The notes beneath the pieces are model-generated. The model saw nothing but the letters and a program-made list of their open reading frames with translations. It was not told where the DNA came from and did not search any database. A stretch of DNA of 64,000 nt from Takakia lepidozioides (taxonomy: Eukaryota; Plantae; Bryophyta). Position 1 is the first letter of the stretch. Each line of letters starts with the position of its first letter. The stretch is from NCBI GenBank assembly GCA_030704615.1, contig CM060732.1:1984001-2048000 (forward strand). Reading direction: 5' to 3'. Of the stretch, positions 34,647-49,300 are shown piece by piece. A program made the translations under genes and the position numbers.

Positions 34647-37600
34647 CTAATGGCCTGACATCTCATATGAGACAAACCCCTCTAGCTCAGGTCCACTGAG
34701 GCGGGGATTGTTTTCAAAACTGCAAAACACAAGCAAACCAAGTAGACAATCAGCCCAATCTCTCTCTCTTAATTTCTCCCTGTCCTCTAGGAAGCCTATT
34801 GCCATTGGGTGGACTTGATACGGGAGTACATTAATGTCTCTGTAACTAAATGCCGGCCTTGTGACCTCGTGTCTTTGTTTGTTTCAACCTGAAGCGCTTT
34901 GCTCCAGGTAAGGTAGTGCATTGGATTTAGTTGGAAAGCTTGGGGCCTTTCCCTCTTTAGAATATGCCTACACGGGCCATTCCCTGCAACTCCCTGGAGT
35001 GTGATCTCTGAATGGTAACAAGCGGACCCCTACCGCTTGGGGGCAGCCCCTCCGCCCAAATTGAGCAGTCGTATGCTCTGTCTAGCATTCTTGGCACTTG
35101 GGCTCGGGTTGGTTCCTGTGCTTAAACTTATAGCCTGTGACAACAATCAAAATTTTAGCTCCTATCAACATCAACACTCAGGGTGATTCCTGGGAATTGG
35201 TTACTTATGCCAAATCTAGGGCTTCATGTGTAGTTTTTGGGGTGAATCCCAGGATGGACGATGTGTCTTTAAAACTACATGCTCTAGCTTAGGCTTGGAT
35301 TTCATGGCTAATGGTTCCATCTCGAGACTTGATAACAGGGGTACGTTGAAGGTTGCAATGACCAAAAGTGCTTCTAATAGAGTCCCACATCAATTCAATC
35401 TCAAAGAAGTTCGTCCCTTGACTGGCTGGAGAGCGGTCGTAGACATTGGTGATTCAATGGGGCGCTCTACGAAGACAACCAAGGGCAAGGACTTCAACTT
35501 GAGAGTTTCTAATCGGTTTGATGCTCTGGATGAGGTTGAATCCAAACAGCCAGAAGGACAAGATGCCCCTAAGTATACGGAACCTGAACGTCCTGAATCT
35601 GAAGGATTTGGTACTCTGAATGGTTTACCAATCCTCAAGGTTTACCAAGACGGCAAATTCTATATACGGGGTAATTGTCCCCAAGCCGTCAGATAGACAA
35701 TCTGTCCCTAAGTGTGCAGAGCCTGAACGTCGTGTAACTGAAGGAATTGGTACTCTGAATGGTTTACCAATCCTCAAAGTCTACACAAGACGAGCAAAAT
35801 CTATACACGGGGTAATTGTCCCCAAGCAGTCAGACGGACAATCTGTCCCTAAGTGTGCGGAGCCTGTACGTCGTGTAACTGAAGGATTTGGTACCCTGAA
35901 TGGTTTACCAATTCTCAAAGTTTACACAAGACGAGCAAAATCTACACACGGGGTAACTGTCCCCCCTTTGCAGAACGGTTGGCCGTCCAGGAGCAATCAC
36001 AAGCTACCTAGACGACAAACAATTCATATGCAAAGGGCTGGCTTGCAGCTGGGTACTTTCAATTTCTCAGGGCGGACTAACCAAAGGAAACAACTCGAAG
36101 TGGCACAAGTTCTTCAGGCCAATAAAATTCATATTTGTGCTGGTCAGGAGACATGGGAAACTCAGGATAAATTCGTTGGAGATGTCAATGGGTATAAGTG
36201 GACGGGTAAGATGTGTACTCTCAAGGCAGCCTCTGCCAAACGCGGCCAAAAAGGGGTTGGATTCTTTGTCTGCGATTTCTTGTTTGATAATTGTGAATTA
36301 CCAACAAGGGTTTGAGGTATGATCATAGTATCTGGCTAAAACTGAATCTGAAGGGCGTGAATACGAAGGACCTCTTTGTGGGTTGTGTATACATGCCCAC
36401 AGAGGGTACCCATAGTGTTGACGCAGACAAAGCCTTCGAAGATGTAAAGCTGGACTGTGCTTCGTTCCTTGCCAAAGGTCAGGTGGTTCTATTGGGTGAC
36501 TTCAATGCCCGGGTGGGCAAAGGTCTCCATCAGGATGATATCATTGGGCCTTTTGGTGAGGACGAGCTGAATTCTAATGGCAGACGGTTAATTAACTGTC
36601 TGGAAGAGCTTCAGCTTTTGACCTTGAATAACAGGACAAGAGGTGACCAAGTGCAGTGGACTCGTGAGAAATCCCAAACTGGGGAACGTTCCATTGTGGA
36701 CTATATCATAATGGACAAAAATTTGTTTCCCCAGTGTGCCAATGTGTTGATAGACAGAACTGATATTGGTACCTCTGACCACTTCCTGGTTTGGACTGAG
36801 ATCAAAAGGTGTTTTCCCAACACAAGAGATCTGTGAAACGTTCGATTCGGAAGTGGCGCATAGAAAAATTCCATAATGAGGAGGTCAAGGCTGAGTATGT
36901 CCAGGCCTTGCAAGAGGCTCTCCCTCATTTTGTCCAATCGCTCCAAGAACTTCAGTTTGCTCTGAAACGCAAGAAATGAAGTCGAAAGAGCAGTGGACTC
37001 TGGGAGAGTTTCGTTTCCTCTGTGGCTGACAAGATCATTGGGAGGAAACTAATTGTCTGCGGTAGAGCTGTTAATTGGTGGACCAATGAGATTAAACTCA
37101 AGATAGCTGAGAGACGAGCCCTCTATAAAGAGTGCTGCAATTTGAAAACCAACAGAGAATTGTGGGCGAGGTACTACCAGCTCCGTAAGGATATCAATCA
37201 GCTTGTTAGGTCTCAGAAGAAATTATACTGGGACAAGTTATACAGTAAAATAAACACAAACCACCATGGTGGTAATGACAAGAAATTCTGGTTGGCCCTT
37301 CGACGTTTGTACAAGCCGAAAAACGGTCAGCAAGTACAAGCGCTGAAGACTACTAAAGGTGCAGTGGTGACTTCATCGGTTGACATTGTCAAAACCTTTG
37401 AAACTCACTACAGTATCCTTGGCAGAACTTCTAGGTCTAACAGTGAGGGGTCTTCTGCTGAATGGAGGGACACAGTTGGAAAAACTGTTCCTATGATTCA
37501 AAACAGCCCTGATGAACTGGAGTATATTTCAATGGCTTGTAACGCTCCCATTAGTTCTTCTGAGATTGTGGAAGCAATTGAACATTTAAATGGATATAAA

Positions 37601-40600
37601 GCTGGTGGACCTGATGGTATTGTCAACGAGCTTATCAAGCAGGGTGGCGATCCCATGATCCTCTTTAACCTTATCTGGAAGACTGAAATGATCCCCTTTC
37701 GCTGGCGACAGGGGGTCATTGTCAATCTATACAAGAAGGGTGACAGAGAAGAACCGGGGAACTACCGTGGCATCACGCTCCTCAATGCTGTTGGCAAGAC
37801 ATTCTGCAGAGTTATAAGTACTCGTCTCGAGGTTGATCTGGAGTCTAGAGGTTGTTTCCACGAAGGCCAAGATGGCTTTCGGCGAAACAGGGGCTGTGTG
37901 GATCATATCTTCACTCTAAGCCAGATTATCCAGGGAAGGAAAAAAGACGGGAAACCCACTTATCTCTTTTTCCTGGATGTCAAAAAGGCTTATGACACAG
38001 TGTGGAGAGATGGCCTATGGTTCCGCCTCTGGTCTTGTGGGATCAAGGGAAAGATGTGGAGAGTTGTCCACAACTTGTATGCTCACACCAAAAGCTGTGT
38101 CACTGTTAACAGACAGAAGTCCAACTTCTGTGACATAGACCAAGGTGTAGCTCAAGGATGTACTCTCTCCCCTCTGCTCTTCAATGTTTTCATCAATCAA
38201 CTCCTCGAGGATGTGGAAAGTGAGGGATTTGGGTTAAGGGTGGGTGATACCACCATACCAGCCCTTATGTTTGCGGATGACTTCGCAGGCATAGGGGAGA
38301 CTCCAACCAATCTCCAGGAGTTGATTGATTGCGCGAACAGACACTTTGATCTTTGGGGGTTAGAGGCTAATGTCAGCAAATGTGCAGTGGTAGCATTCAA
38401 CGACAGAGGAGAGGGAGGTAGTGATCTTAAGTGGCAGTGGGGTAGCCAAGAGATCCCGGTCCTCCCTTCCTACACTTACCTGGGCGTTGAGTTCTCCAAT
38501 TGTAATTGGGATGCACATATCCAGAAAGTTGTTCAAACTGGCAAGGGCAAAGCTCTGGGGCTCACTAAATTTTTCCACTGCAGAGGGGTCAACTCTGAGG
38601 TTAAGAAAACCATGCTTTGTCGCGTTATTAGACCTGCCTTGGAGTACGGATCTGCTATATGGGTTGATAACTCCAACCAGGCTAAGTCTCTAGAATCCAT
38701 TCAAGTGGGGGTGCTTAAGGAGTGTATGTCAGCATGCTCCAAAACAGCCAATGTGGCTGTTCGGGGTGAGTTTGGCATTCCGTCCTTAAGCTCCCGACGA
38801 GATGAATTCAAGGTCAGATGGTGGGGTCAGCTGCAACATATGCCCAACACCAGATATCCTAAATTAATCGACTCTATATCTTGGAAACAGGACCGCCCTG
38901 TCAATAGAAGAGATCCTCAAGGACCTGGACCTGGATCCGCAAGTCTTGACCCTGCTGGATAAATCTGACTTAGAGGCTGTAGTGTCCTCAGCCATGTCTG
39001 TTGCCATGAGATTGTCTGATGAAAATGAAGTTAGGCAGAAAACTTCCCTGAACTTGTTTCCAGTCTGTGACATGGGGGAGGACATCTTGGATGACCTCAA
39101 GGGTCTACCCACTCTCGGCACTAGACTGAAATTTAAACTCAGGGCAGGACGCCTACCTTTGAACAGCAAACAGAAGCAGAGAGGAAAGGGAGAGTGCAAT
39201 TGCCCGTTGTGTGGGCAATCTGAAGACAGTATTCATTTTCTGATACACTGTCCGGGGTTCTCTCACCAAAGAGACGCTCTCTTCAAATCTATTAAGGGAA
39301 TCGTGCCTGTACCCCTGTTTACCAACTTTGAAAGTCTCAAGGCTGAGCCAAAAGCCCAGGCCCTCCTGAGGCCTAGTTTTTGGGCAAATCACACACAGCA
39401 GATTGATGCTTGTGTGAAGGGATTTCTAGAGGATATCTGGAAAACCCGGATTAATTCTTTATATGGAGGTAAGTCTTACTACCAACGTCAGCCCCTGACA
39501 GAGGTAGGTTCTGTCCCTTTTGTTCCCGCTCAAACTGGGCGCGGGGTCAATGGCCACAAGGCTACGGCAAACAACATCTTATGAGTACAATCTCTTTCTA
39601 TCAATTCCCCCAGACCACATAAATAAGTCTACAAGTGCATCTCTATCAATTAATTCGAATGATGGTATGCTTGAACCATTGACTCCTCATTGACTCCTCA
39701 AATGTAGCAGATATAGCAACCCCCCAAAGCCCCAAAGCCTCCCACACACTTCTAATTCCCAGACCTTACGTCTCTCTCAATCAACTGCCTCGCACTCCCA
39801 CAAACACACCTTTTGGCCTGAAGGCGGGCAAAAGAGCCAGAAACTGGAATTGTGCCACACAGATCATTATTTGACAGATCCCTGCATTCATCGACAGCAC
39901 ACCCCAAAGTCAGAAAGAACTGTGTGCAGAAGTCGCAAGAGGCGAGATAGAACTTGCACACAACAATTCCTTCTTTTTACCCCAACTACATGCTTCAGTG
40001 TACATGGATCGATTGCCCTTAGCAGACAACTGCGATTATCCTCCTCTAGAGCTACTCCAGAATCTCTCTATATACAACTCGCTCATTTTCTCAATTCCTG
40101 TCAGTGTCGAAACTCACTCCTGATGTGCTTTGTTCCGGCATCGAAACTTAAACTTGATTTGTTGCGACCACTAAGGGCAAATGGGAAAGGAAATTTGTCC
40201 CAAAGGTACACCACAACAACCCAAGTACTAAAGCTCTAACTGACTTTGTAAGTTTCTGCCCAACAACGTTCAGAGAAGGTGTGCCTTGTGCAGATGATAC
40301 ACAGAGAGAGAGAAAGATGGTCCTTGTAATGTTGTTGGCTGTAACCTTGTGGCCATAGACCCCGCGGCCTATTTGGGTGGAACAAGAGAGACAGAGAGAT
40401 GTACTGGTAAGACTTGGTTAGCCACCTTGTGGCCATAGACCCCGCGCCCAGTTAGGGCGGAACAAAAGGAACCAGAAACTACATTTGTGAGAGGTCCACT
40501 CCCGTAGTATGACTTACCTTGATACAAACAATTAGTTCGGGCTTTCCAGATATCCTCTAGCAAGCTCTTCACACAAGCATCAATCTGCTGCGTGTGAGCA

Positions 40601-43308
40601 GCCTGAAAGTTAGACCACAACAGGGCCAGGGCTTTAGGCTCAGCCTCCAGATTTTGAAAGTTGGTGAACAGAGGTGCCCAGACATCGGGCAATTACAATC
40701 TCCTCTTCCTCTCTGCATCTGTTTATTGTTCAAAGGTAGGCTTCCCGCTCTGAGTTCAAATTCGGTCTAGTGCCACCCTCAGGAGGGAAGGAGATAAGGG
40801 TGCTGAAAGGTAATTTGGTCTCAAGATTCTATCATCGCGGAGCACCAAGAATGTCTCTCGATAGAAGTGGAGCTTTGTCGTGAGATTGGGTAGCTTCCAA
40901 GTTCTCTTGACATGTAATTCCATAAGCTCTCTCCTAATGAGTCTGTTGCGGTCATGTCTGGATGTGATGTCCACCTCATCTGGATTCATTGGTAATAGGA
41001 AAGCAGTAGAAAGTCCATTACGTTGAAATAAACTGTCCCATCGAGCATACCAGGAGTTCCTGAAACCTGCAGCTTTGAGCCTCATAGATGTTGTGAGGGC
41101 CCTTGCCACCAGCCCTTTGGGTGGAAGATCCTGTAATCTATGGAGAAAGATTGTAAGCCGGAAGAGGGCCTCGGATTGCAATGGTACACATGCGAACTCT
41201 GCACCTAGGATCTGAGATGGAGTTGTGCTCCTGGCGCCAAGCATTGCTTGGAGAAAAAGATGACTGTAATGGTTCCAAATTCTTTCCCACCAGGAGACAG
41301 GGACACCAGGTGCCCAGAACTCACAACCATAGATGGTAGCAGGGCTGACGACGGTGTCAAACAGCCACTTTTTGGTCGGGGGATGCCGCAGATGTATTTG
41401 CTTGCATTTGGCCTGAAGGCGGACGGAGGCCACCTTACCTTTAGTCAATCTGTCCAAGGCAGTGGCTGCAAAGTGAAACTTGGGGGAGTGGATAACCAGA
41501 CCCAGGTACCGGTATGATTTCACAATCTCAATTTCCTGCTGGTTGAAGATGAATCTACGATCAGCCTGGCCATTGAAGACCATGATCTTGGTCTTGCTAA
41601 GATTGACTTGCATCCCATAGTCTTTGCAGAACTGTTCCAAAATGTTGAGATGGCGTTGCAGGAAGACCGGGGATTGTGCCAAAAGGGCAACATCATCAGC
41701 GTAGAGGAGATCTGATTGGGTTGGTCCCCCATCCAATGGTACCCCAACTTTCATTGGACAGTCTTTGGGCATCAGACATGGCTTTGGACATACCCCCCTC
41801 CAGGTTAGCTTCATCCAGTAAGGTCAATTTGTCAGGACCGATATTCCGATACCTGAAAATCTCATCTACCTTTTTCTGCCAAGACTTGGCCTGTTTAACA
41901 GGACGCTCTTGCTTCCAAGAAATAGATTCGATTGTCTTACGAGTATCTGGTATTAGGCATGCGATTCAACTGACCCCACCATCTGACCTTGAATTCATCA
42001 CGTCGAGAGCTTAAGGGAGGTATGCCAAACTTACCCGAACAGCCACATTAGCTGTTCTAGAACAAGCCGACATGCTTTCTTTGAGCACCACGGCCTGAAT
42101 AGATTCTAGGGACTTAGCATGGTTGGAGTTGTCGGCCCACACAGCAGATGCGTACTCCAAGGTTGGCCTTATAACATTACAAAGGATGGTCCTTTTAACT
42201 TCAGTGTTAATCCCTCTGTAGTGGAAAAATTTAGAGAGACCCAAAGCTTTGCGTTTAGCCAATCGAATCACTTTTTCTATATGCGCATCCAGTTACAGTT
42301 GGAGGAAAACTCAACACCAAGATAAGTGTAGGAAGGGAGTACAGGAATCTCATCGTCGGCCCATTTCCATTTGAGATCCCCTCCTCCTCCCCACGGTCGT
42401 TGAATGCCACCACTGCACATTTACTAACATTAGCTTCTAGCCTCCAGAGGTCACCCGTTCGCACAATTAATCAGCTCCTGGAGATTGGATTGGGCATCCT
42501 CTAGGCCTGTGAAGTTATCCGCAAACATAAGAGCTGGTGGTGGCATCACCCACGTTTAGCCCATAGGATTATGAGCACCCGTCTCGATGTGGATCTGGAG
42601 ACTAGAGTTGGTTTCCATGAAGGCCTTTTCGGAGACATAGGGGCTGCACTGACCGTATCTTCACTCTACGTCAGACCATCCAGGGAAGGACAAGGGAAAG
42701 CCCACTTTTGTCTTCTTCCTGGATGTCAAAAAGGCTTATGACACAGTATGGTGTGACGGGCTATGGCTCCGGCTTTGGTCTTCTGGGATCGGGGGAAAGA
42801 TGTGGAGGATGGTCCCACGACCTATATGCAAACACCAAAAGTTCTGTTACGGTCAATGGACAGAAGTCTAACTTCTTTGATATTGACCAAGGTGTAGCAC
42901 AAGGTTGTACCCTCTGCCCACTGCTCTTCAATGTTTTCATTAATCAGCTTCTTGAAGACGTGGAAAGAAATAGCTTGCTAACTGCACTAAGAAGCGTGAT
43001 ACCGCAATAGTTCCCAGGTTTTTCCCTGTCCCCTTTCTTATACAGGTTGAAAATGACTCCACGTCTGCAGCAAAAGGGGATCACTTCCGTCTGCAAAAAA
43101 TAAGGTTAGAAGGGCAGCCTGTATCATAGGGTCACCACCATACTTAATTAGCCCGACAATGCCATCAAGCCCCCTTTGAGATATACTCCAGTTCATCACG
43201 GCTGTCTTGGAATATAGAAATAGTTGTTTGTACTGTGTCCTTCCATTCTTTAGAAACTATTAGAGTTAGATTCATGGCCCAGAAGGCTGTAGTGTGTTTC
43301 AAAGGTTT

Positions 43309-43343
<35 letters not shown>

Positions 43344-46300
43344 TACTGATAAGACGTTGTTTGCCGTAGCCTTGTGGCCATTGACCCCGTGCCCAGTTTG
43401 AGCGGAACACAAAGGGACAGAACCTACCTTTGTCAGGGGCTGACATCGGTAGTAAGACTTACCTTGAAATAAACAATTGATCCGGGTTTTCCAGATATCC
43501 TCTAGAATGTGTGTGGTTTGCCCAATAACTAGGCCCCAAAAGGGCCTGGGCTTTTGGCTCAGCCTCGAGACTTTCAAAGTTGGTAAACAGAGGTACAGGC
43601 ACAATTCCCTTGATAGATTTGAGGAGAGCGTCTCTCTGGTGAGAAAACCCCAGACAATGAATCAGAAAATGAATATTGTCTTCAGGTTGCCCACACAACG
43701 GGCAATTGCACTCTCCCTTTCCTCTCTGCTTCTGTTTGCTGTTCAAAGGTAGGCTTCCCGTCCTGAGTTTAAATTTCAGTCTAGTGCCGAGAGTGGGTAG
43801 ACCCTTCAGGTCATCCATCATGTCCTGCCCCATGTCACAGACTGGAATCAAGTTCAGGGAAGTTTTCTGCCTAACTTCAGTTTCATCAGATAATTTCCTG
43901 GCAACAGAGAGAGAATGTACTCATAAGACGTTGTTTGCCGTAGCCTTGTGGCCATTGACCCCGGCCCAGTTTGACCGGAACACAAAGGGACAGGACCTAC
44001 CTCTGTCTGGGGCTGACGTCAGTAGTAAGAGTTACCTTGGAATAAACAATTGATCCGGGTTTTCCAGATATCCTCTAGAAATCCCTTCACACGAGCATCA
44101 ATCTGCTGCATGGTTGATCTGGAGTCTAGAGGTTGTTTCCACAAAGGCCAAGCTGGCTTTCGGCGAAACAGGGGCTGTGTGGATCATATCTTCACTCTTA
44201 GCCAGATTATCCAGGGAAGGAAAAAAGAAGGGAGACCCACTTATGTTTTTTTCCTGGATGTCAAAAAGGCTTATGACACAGTGTGGAGAGATGGCCTATG
44301 GTTCCGCCTCTGGTCTTGTGGGATCAAGGGAAAGATGTGGAGAGTTGTCCACAACTTGTATGCTCACACCAAAAGCTGTGTCACTGTTAACGGACAGAAG
44401 TCCAACTTCTTTGGCATAGACCAAGGTGTAGCTCAAGGATGTACTCTCTCCCCTCTGCTCTTCAATGTTTTCATCAATCAACTCCTCGAGGATGTGGAAA
44501 GTGAGGGATTTGGGTTAAGGGTGGGTGATACCACCATACCAGCCCTTATGTTTGCGGATGACTTCGCAGGCATAGGGGAGACTCCAACCAATCTCCAGGA
44601 GTTGATTGATTGCGCGAACAGATACTTTGATCTTTGGGGGTTAGAGGCTAATGTTAGCAAATGTGCAGTGGTAGCATTCAACGACAGAGGAGAGGGAGGA
44701 AGTGATCTTAAGTGGCAGTGGGGTAGCCAAGAGATCCCGGTCCTCCCTTCCTACACTTACCTGGGCGTTGAGTTCTCCTCCAATTGTAATTGGGATGCAC
44801 ATATCCGGAAAGTTGTTCAAACTGGCAAGGGCAAAGCTCTGGGGCTCACTAAATTTTTCCACTGCAGAGGGGTCAACTCTGAGGTTAAGAAAACCATGCT
44901 TTGTCGCGTTATTAGACCTGCCTTGGAGTACGCATCTGCAATATGGGTTGATAACTCCAACCAGGCTAAGTCTCTAGAATCCATTCAAGTGGGGGTGCTT
45001 AAGGAGTGTATGTCAGCATGCTCCAAAACAGCCAATGTGGCTGGTCGGGGTGAGTTTGGCATTCCGTCCTTAAGCTCCCGACGAGATGAATTCAAGGTCA
45101 GATGGTGGGGTCAGCTGCAACATATGGCCAACATCAGATATCCCAAGTTAATCGACTCTATATCTTGGAAACAGGACCGCCCTGTCAAACAGGCTAAGTC
45201 CTGGCAGAAGAGAGTAGAAGAGATTCTCAAGGACCTGGACCTGGAACCGCAAGTCTTGACCCTGCTGGATAAATCTGACTTAGAGGCTGTAGTGTCCAAA
45301 GCCATGTCTGCTGCCATGAGATTGTCTGATGAAAATGAAGTTAGGCAGAAAACTTCCCTGAACTTGTTTCCAGTCAGTGACATGGGGGAGGACATCTTGG
45401 ATGACCTCAAGGGTCTACCCACTCTCGGCACTAGACTGAAATTTAAACTCAGGGCAGGAAGCCTACCTTTGAACAGCAAACAGAAGCAGAGAGGAAAGGG
45501 AGAGTGCAATTGCCCGTTATGTGGTCAATCTGAAGACAGTATTCATTTTCTAATACACTGTCCGGGGTTCGCTTACCAAAGAGACGCTCTCTTCAAATCT
45601 ATCAAGGGAATTGTGCCTGTACCCCTGTTTACCAACTTTGAAAGTCTCGAGGCTGAGCCAAAAGCCCAGGCCCTCCTGAGGCCTAGTTTTTGGGCAAATC
45701 ACACACAGCAGATTGATGCTTGTGTGAAGGGATTTCTAGAGGATATCTGGAAAACCCGGATTAATTCTATATATGAAGGTAAGTCTTACTACCAACGTCA
45801 GCCCCTGACAGAGGTAGGTTCTGTCCCTTTTGTTCCCGCTCAAACTGGGCGCGGGGTCAATGGCCACAAGGCTACGTCAAACAACGTCTTATGAGTACAA
45901 TCTCTCTCTCTCTCTCTTTCTCTCTCTCTACTCTCCCTGTCCTCTAGGAAGCCTATTGCCATTGGGTGGGCTTGATACGGGAGTACATTAATGTCTCTGT
46001 GACTAAATGCCGGCCTTTTGACCTCGTGTCTTTGTTTGTTTTGACCTGAAGCGCTTTGCTCCAGGTAAGGTAGTGCATTGGATTTAGTTGGAAAGTTTGG
46101 GGCCTTTCCCTCTTTAGAATATGCCTATGCGGGCCATTCCCTGCAGCTCCTTTGGAGTGGTGATCTCTGAATGGTAAAATGCGGACTCCCTATCGTTTGG
46201 GGGATTCTTTGTCCGTGATTTCTTGTGTGACAATTGTGAGATTATCAACAAGGGTTTGCGGTATGAGCACAGTATTTGGCTAAAACTGAAACTGAAGGGC

Positions 46301-49300
46301 AGCGTGAATACGAAGGACCTCTTTGTGGGTTGTGTTTACATGCCCACAGAGGGGACCCTTAGTGCTGACGCAAACAAAGCCTTCGAAGACGTAAAGCTGG
46401 ACTGTGTTAAGTTCCTTGCCAAAGGTCAGGTGGTTTTATTGGGTGACTTCAATGCCCGGGTGGGCAAAGGTCTCCATCAAGATGATACCATTGGGCCTTT
46501 TGTTGAGGACGAGCTGAATTCTAGTGGCAGACGGTTAGTTAACTGTCTGGAAGAGCTTCAGCTTTTGACCTTGAATAATAGGACAAGAGGAGACCAAGTG
46601 CAGTGGACTCGTGAGAAAGCCCAAACTGGGGAACGTTCCATTGTGGATTATATCATAATGGACAAAAATTTGTTTCCCGAGAGTGCCAGTGTGTTGATCG
46701 ACAGAACTGATATTGGTACCTCTGACCACTTCCTGGTTTGGACTGAGATCAAAAGGTGTTTTCCCAACACCAAGAGATCTGTGAAACATTCGATTCGGAA
46801 GTGGCGCATAGAAAAATTCCATAATGAAGAGAGTCAAGGCTGAGTATGTCCAGGCCTTGCAAGATGCTCTCCCTCATTTTGTCCACTCGCTCCAAGACCT
46901 TCAGTCTCGCTCTGACAACGCAAGAAATGAAGTCGAAAGAGCAGTGGTTCTTGGGAGAGTTTCGTCTCCTCTGTGGCTGACAAGATCATTGGGAGGAAAC
47001 GAATTGTCTGCGGTAGAGCTGTTAATTGGTGGACCAATGAGATTAAACTCAAGATAGCTGAGAGACGAGTCATTACCAACAAAGAATTGTGGGGTAGGTA
47101 ATACCAGGTCCGCAAAGATATCAATCAGCTTGTAAGGTCTCAGAAGAAATTACACTGGGACAAGCTATACAGTGAAATAAACTCAAACCACAATGGTGGT
47201 AATGACAAGAGATTCTGGTTGGCCCTTCAACGTTGTACAAGCCGAAAAACTGTCAGCAAGTACAAGCGCTGAAGACTACTAAGGGTGCAGTGGTGACTTC
47301 AACGGTTGTCATTGTCAAAACCTTTGAAACGCACTACAGTATCCTTGGCAGAACTTCTAGGTCTAACAGTGAGGGGTCCTCTGAAGAATGGAAGGACACA
47401 GTTGGAAAAACTGTTCCTATGATCAAAACAGCCCTGATGAAATGGAGTACATTTCAAAGGCTTACAACGCTCCCATTAGTTCTTCTGAGATTGTGGAAGC
47501 AATTGAGCATTAAAACGGATATAAAGCTGGTGGACCTGATGGCATAGTCTTCGAGCTTATCAAGCACGGGGACGATCCCATGATAGAGGCCCTAGTTCTC
47601 CTCTTTAACCTTATTTGGAAGACTGAAATGATTTCCTTTCGCTGGCGACAGGGGGTCATTACAAGAAGGGTGACAGAGAAGAACCGGGGAACTACCGTGG
47701 CATCACACTCCTCAATGCTGTTGGCAAGATATTTTGCAGAGTTATAAGTACTCATCTCGAGGTTGATCTGGAATCTAGAGGTTGTTTCCACGAAGGCCAA
47801 ACTGGCTTTCGGCGAAACAGGGGCTGTGTGGATCATATCTTCACTCTAAGCCAGATTATCCAGGGAAGGAAAAAAGAAAGGAACCCACTTATGTGTTTTT
47901 CCTGGATGTCAAAAAGGCTTATGACACAGTGTGGAGAGATGGTCTATGGCTCCGCCTCTGGTCATGTGGGATCAAGGGAAAGATGTGGAGAGTTGTCCTT
48001 AACTTGTATGCTCACACCAAAAGTTGTGTCACTGTTAATGGACAGAAGTCTAACTTCTTTGACATAGACCAAGGTGTAGTTCAAGGATGTACCCTGTCCC
48101 CTCTGCTCTTCAATGTTTTCATCAATTCAACTCCTCGAGGATGTGGAAAGTGAGGGATTTGGGTTAAGGGTGGGTGATGCCACCATACCAGCCCTTATGT
48201 TTGCGGATGACTTCGCAGGCATAGGGGAGACTCCTTCCAACCTCCAGGAATTGATTGATTGCGCGAAGAGATACTTTGAGCTTTGGGGGCTAGAGGCTAA
48301 CGTCAGTAAATGTGCAGTGGTGGCATTCAACGACAGAGGAGAGGGAGGAAGTGATCCCAAGTGGCAGTGGGGTAGCCAAGAGATTCCGGTCCTCCCTTCC
48401 TACAGATACCTCGGCGTTGAGTTTTCCTCCAACTGTAACTGGGATGCACATATTCAGAATGTTGTTCAAACTGGCAAGGGCAAAGCTGGGTCTCACTAAA
48501 TTTTTCCACTGCAGAGGGATCAGCTCTGGTCAAGAAAACCATGCTTTGTCGCATTATTAGACCTGCCTTGGAGTACGCATCTGCAATATGGGTTGATAAC
48601 TCCAACCAGGCTAAGTCTCTAGAATCCATTCAAGTGGGGGTGCTTAAGGAGTGCATGTCAGCATGCTCCAAAACAGCCAATGTGGCTGTTCGGGGTGAGT
48701 TTGGCATCCCTTCCTTAAGCTCCCGACGAGATGAATTCAAGGTCAGATGGTGGGGTTCTAAGTCTTGGCAGAATAGAGTAGAAGAGATTCTCAAGGATCT
48801 GGATCCGCAAGTCTTGACCTTGCTGGATAAATCTGACTTAGAGGCTGTAGTGTGCAAAGCCATGTCTGTTGCCAGGAAATTGTCTGATGAAAATGAAGTT
48901 AGGCAGAAAACTTCCCTGAACTTGTTTCCAGTCTGTGACATGGGGGAGGACATCATGGATGACCTCAAGGGTCTACCCACTCTCGGCACCAGACTGAAAT
49001 TAAACTCAGGGCAGGAAGCCTACCTTTGAACAGCAAACAGAAGCAGGAGGAAAGGGAGAGTGCAATTGCCCGTTGTGTGGGCAACCCGAAGACAATATTC
49101 ATTTCCTGATTCACTGTCCGGGGTTCTCTCACCAGAGAGACGCTCTCCCCCAGAAGGGCCTGGGCTTCTGGCTCAGCCTCGAGACTTTCAAAGTTGGTAA
49201 ACAGAGATACAGGCACCCACAACTATAAGACAAACTCCAGATTACGACGAAGCAATACCCGTAATACAAGTACGTAATGGACGGAAGATGGTAACGAATG

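Noticed and set aside
34755-39605. Target-site duplication for the full-length LINE
   Set aside because: Both flanks are TC-rich, but no exact duplication extending into unique sequence could be read.
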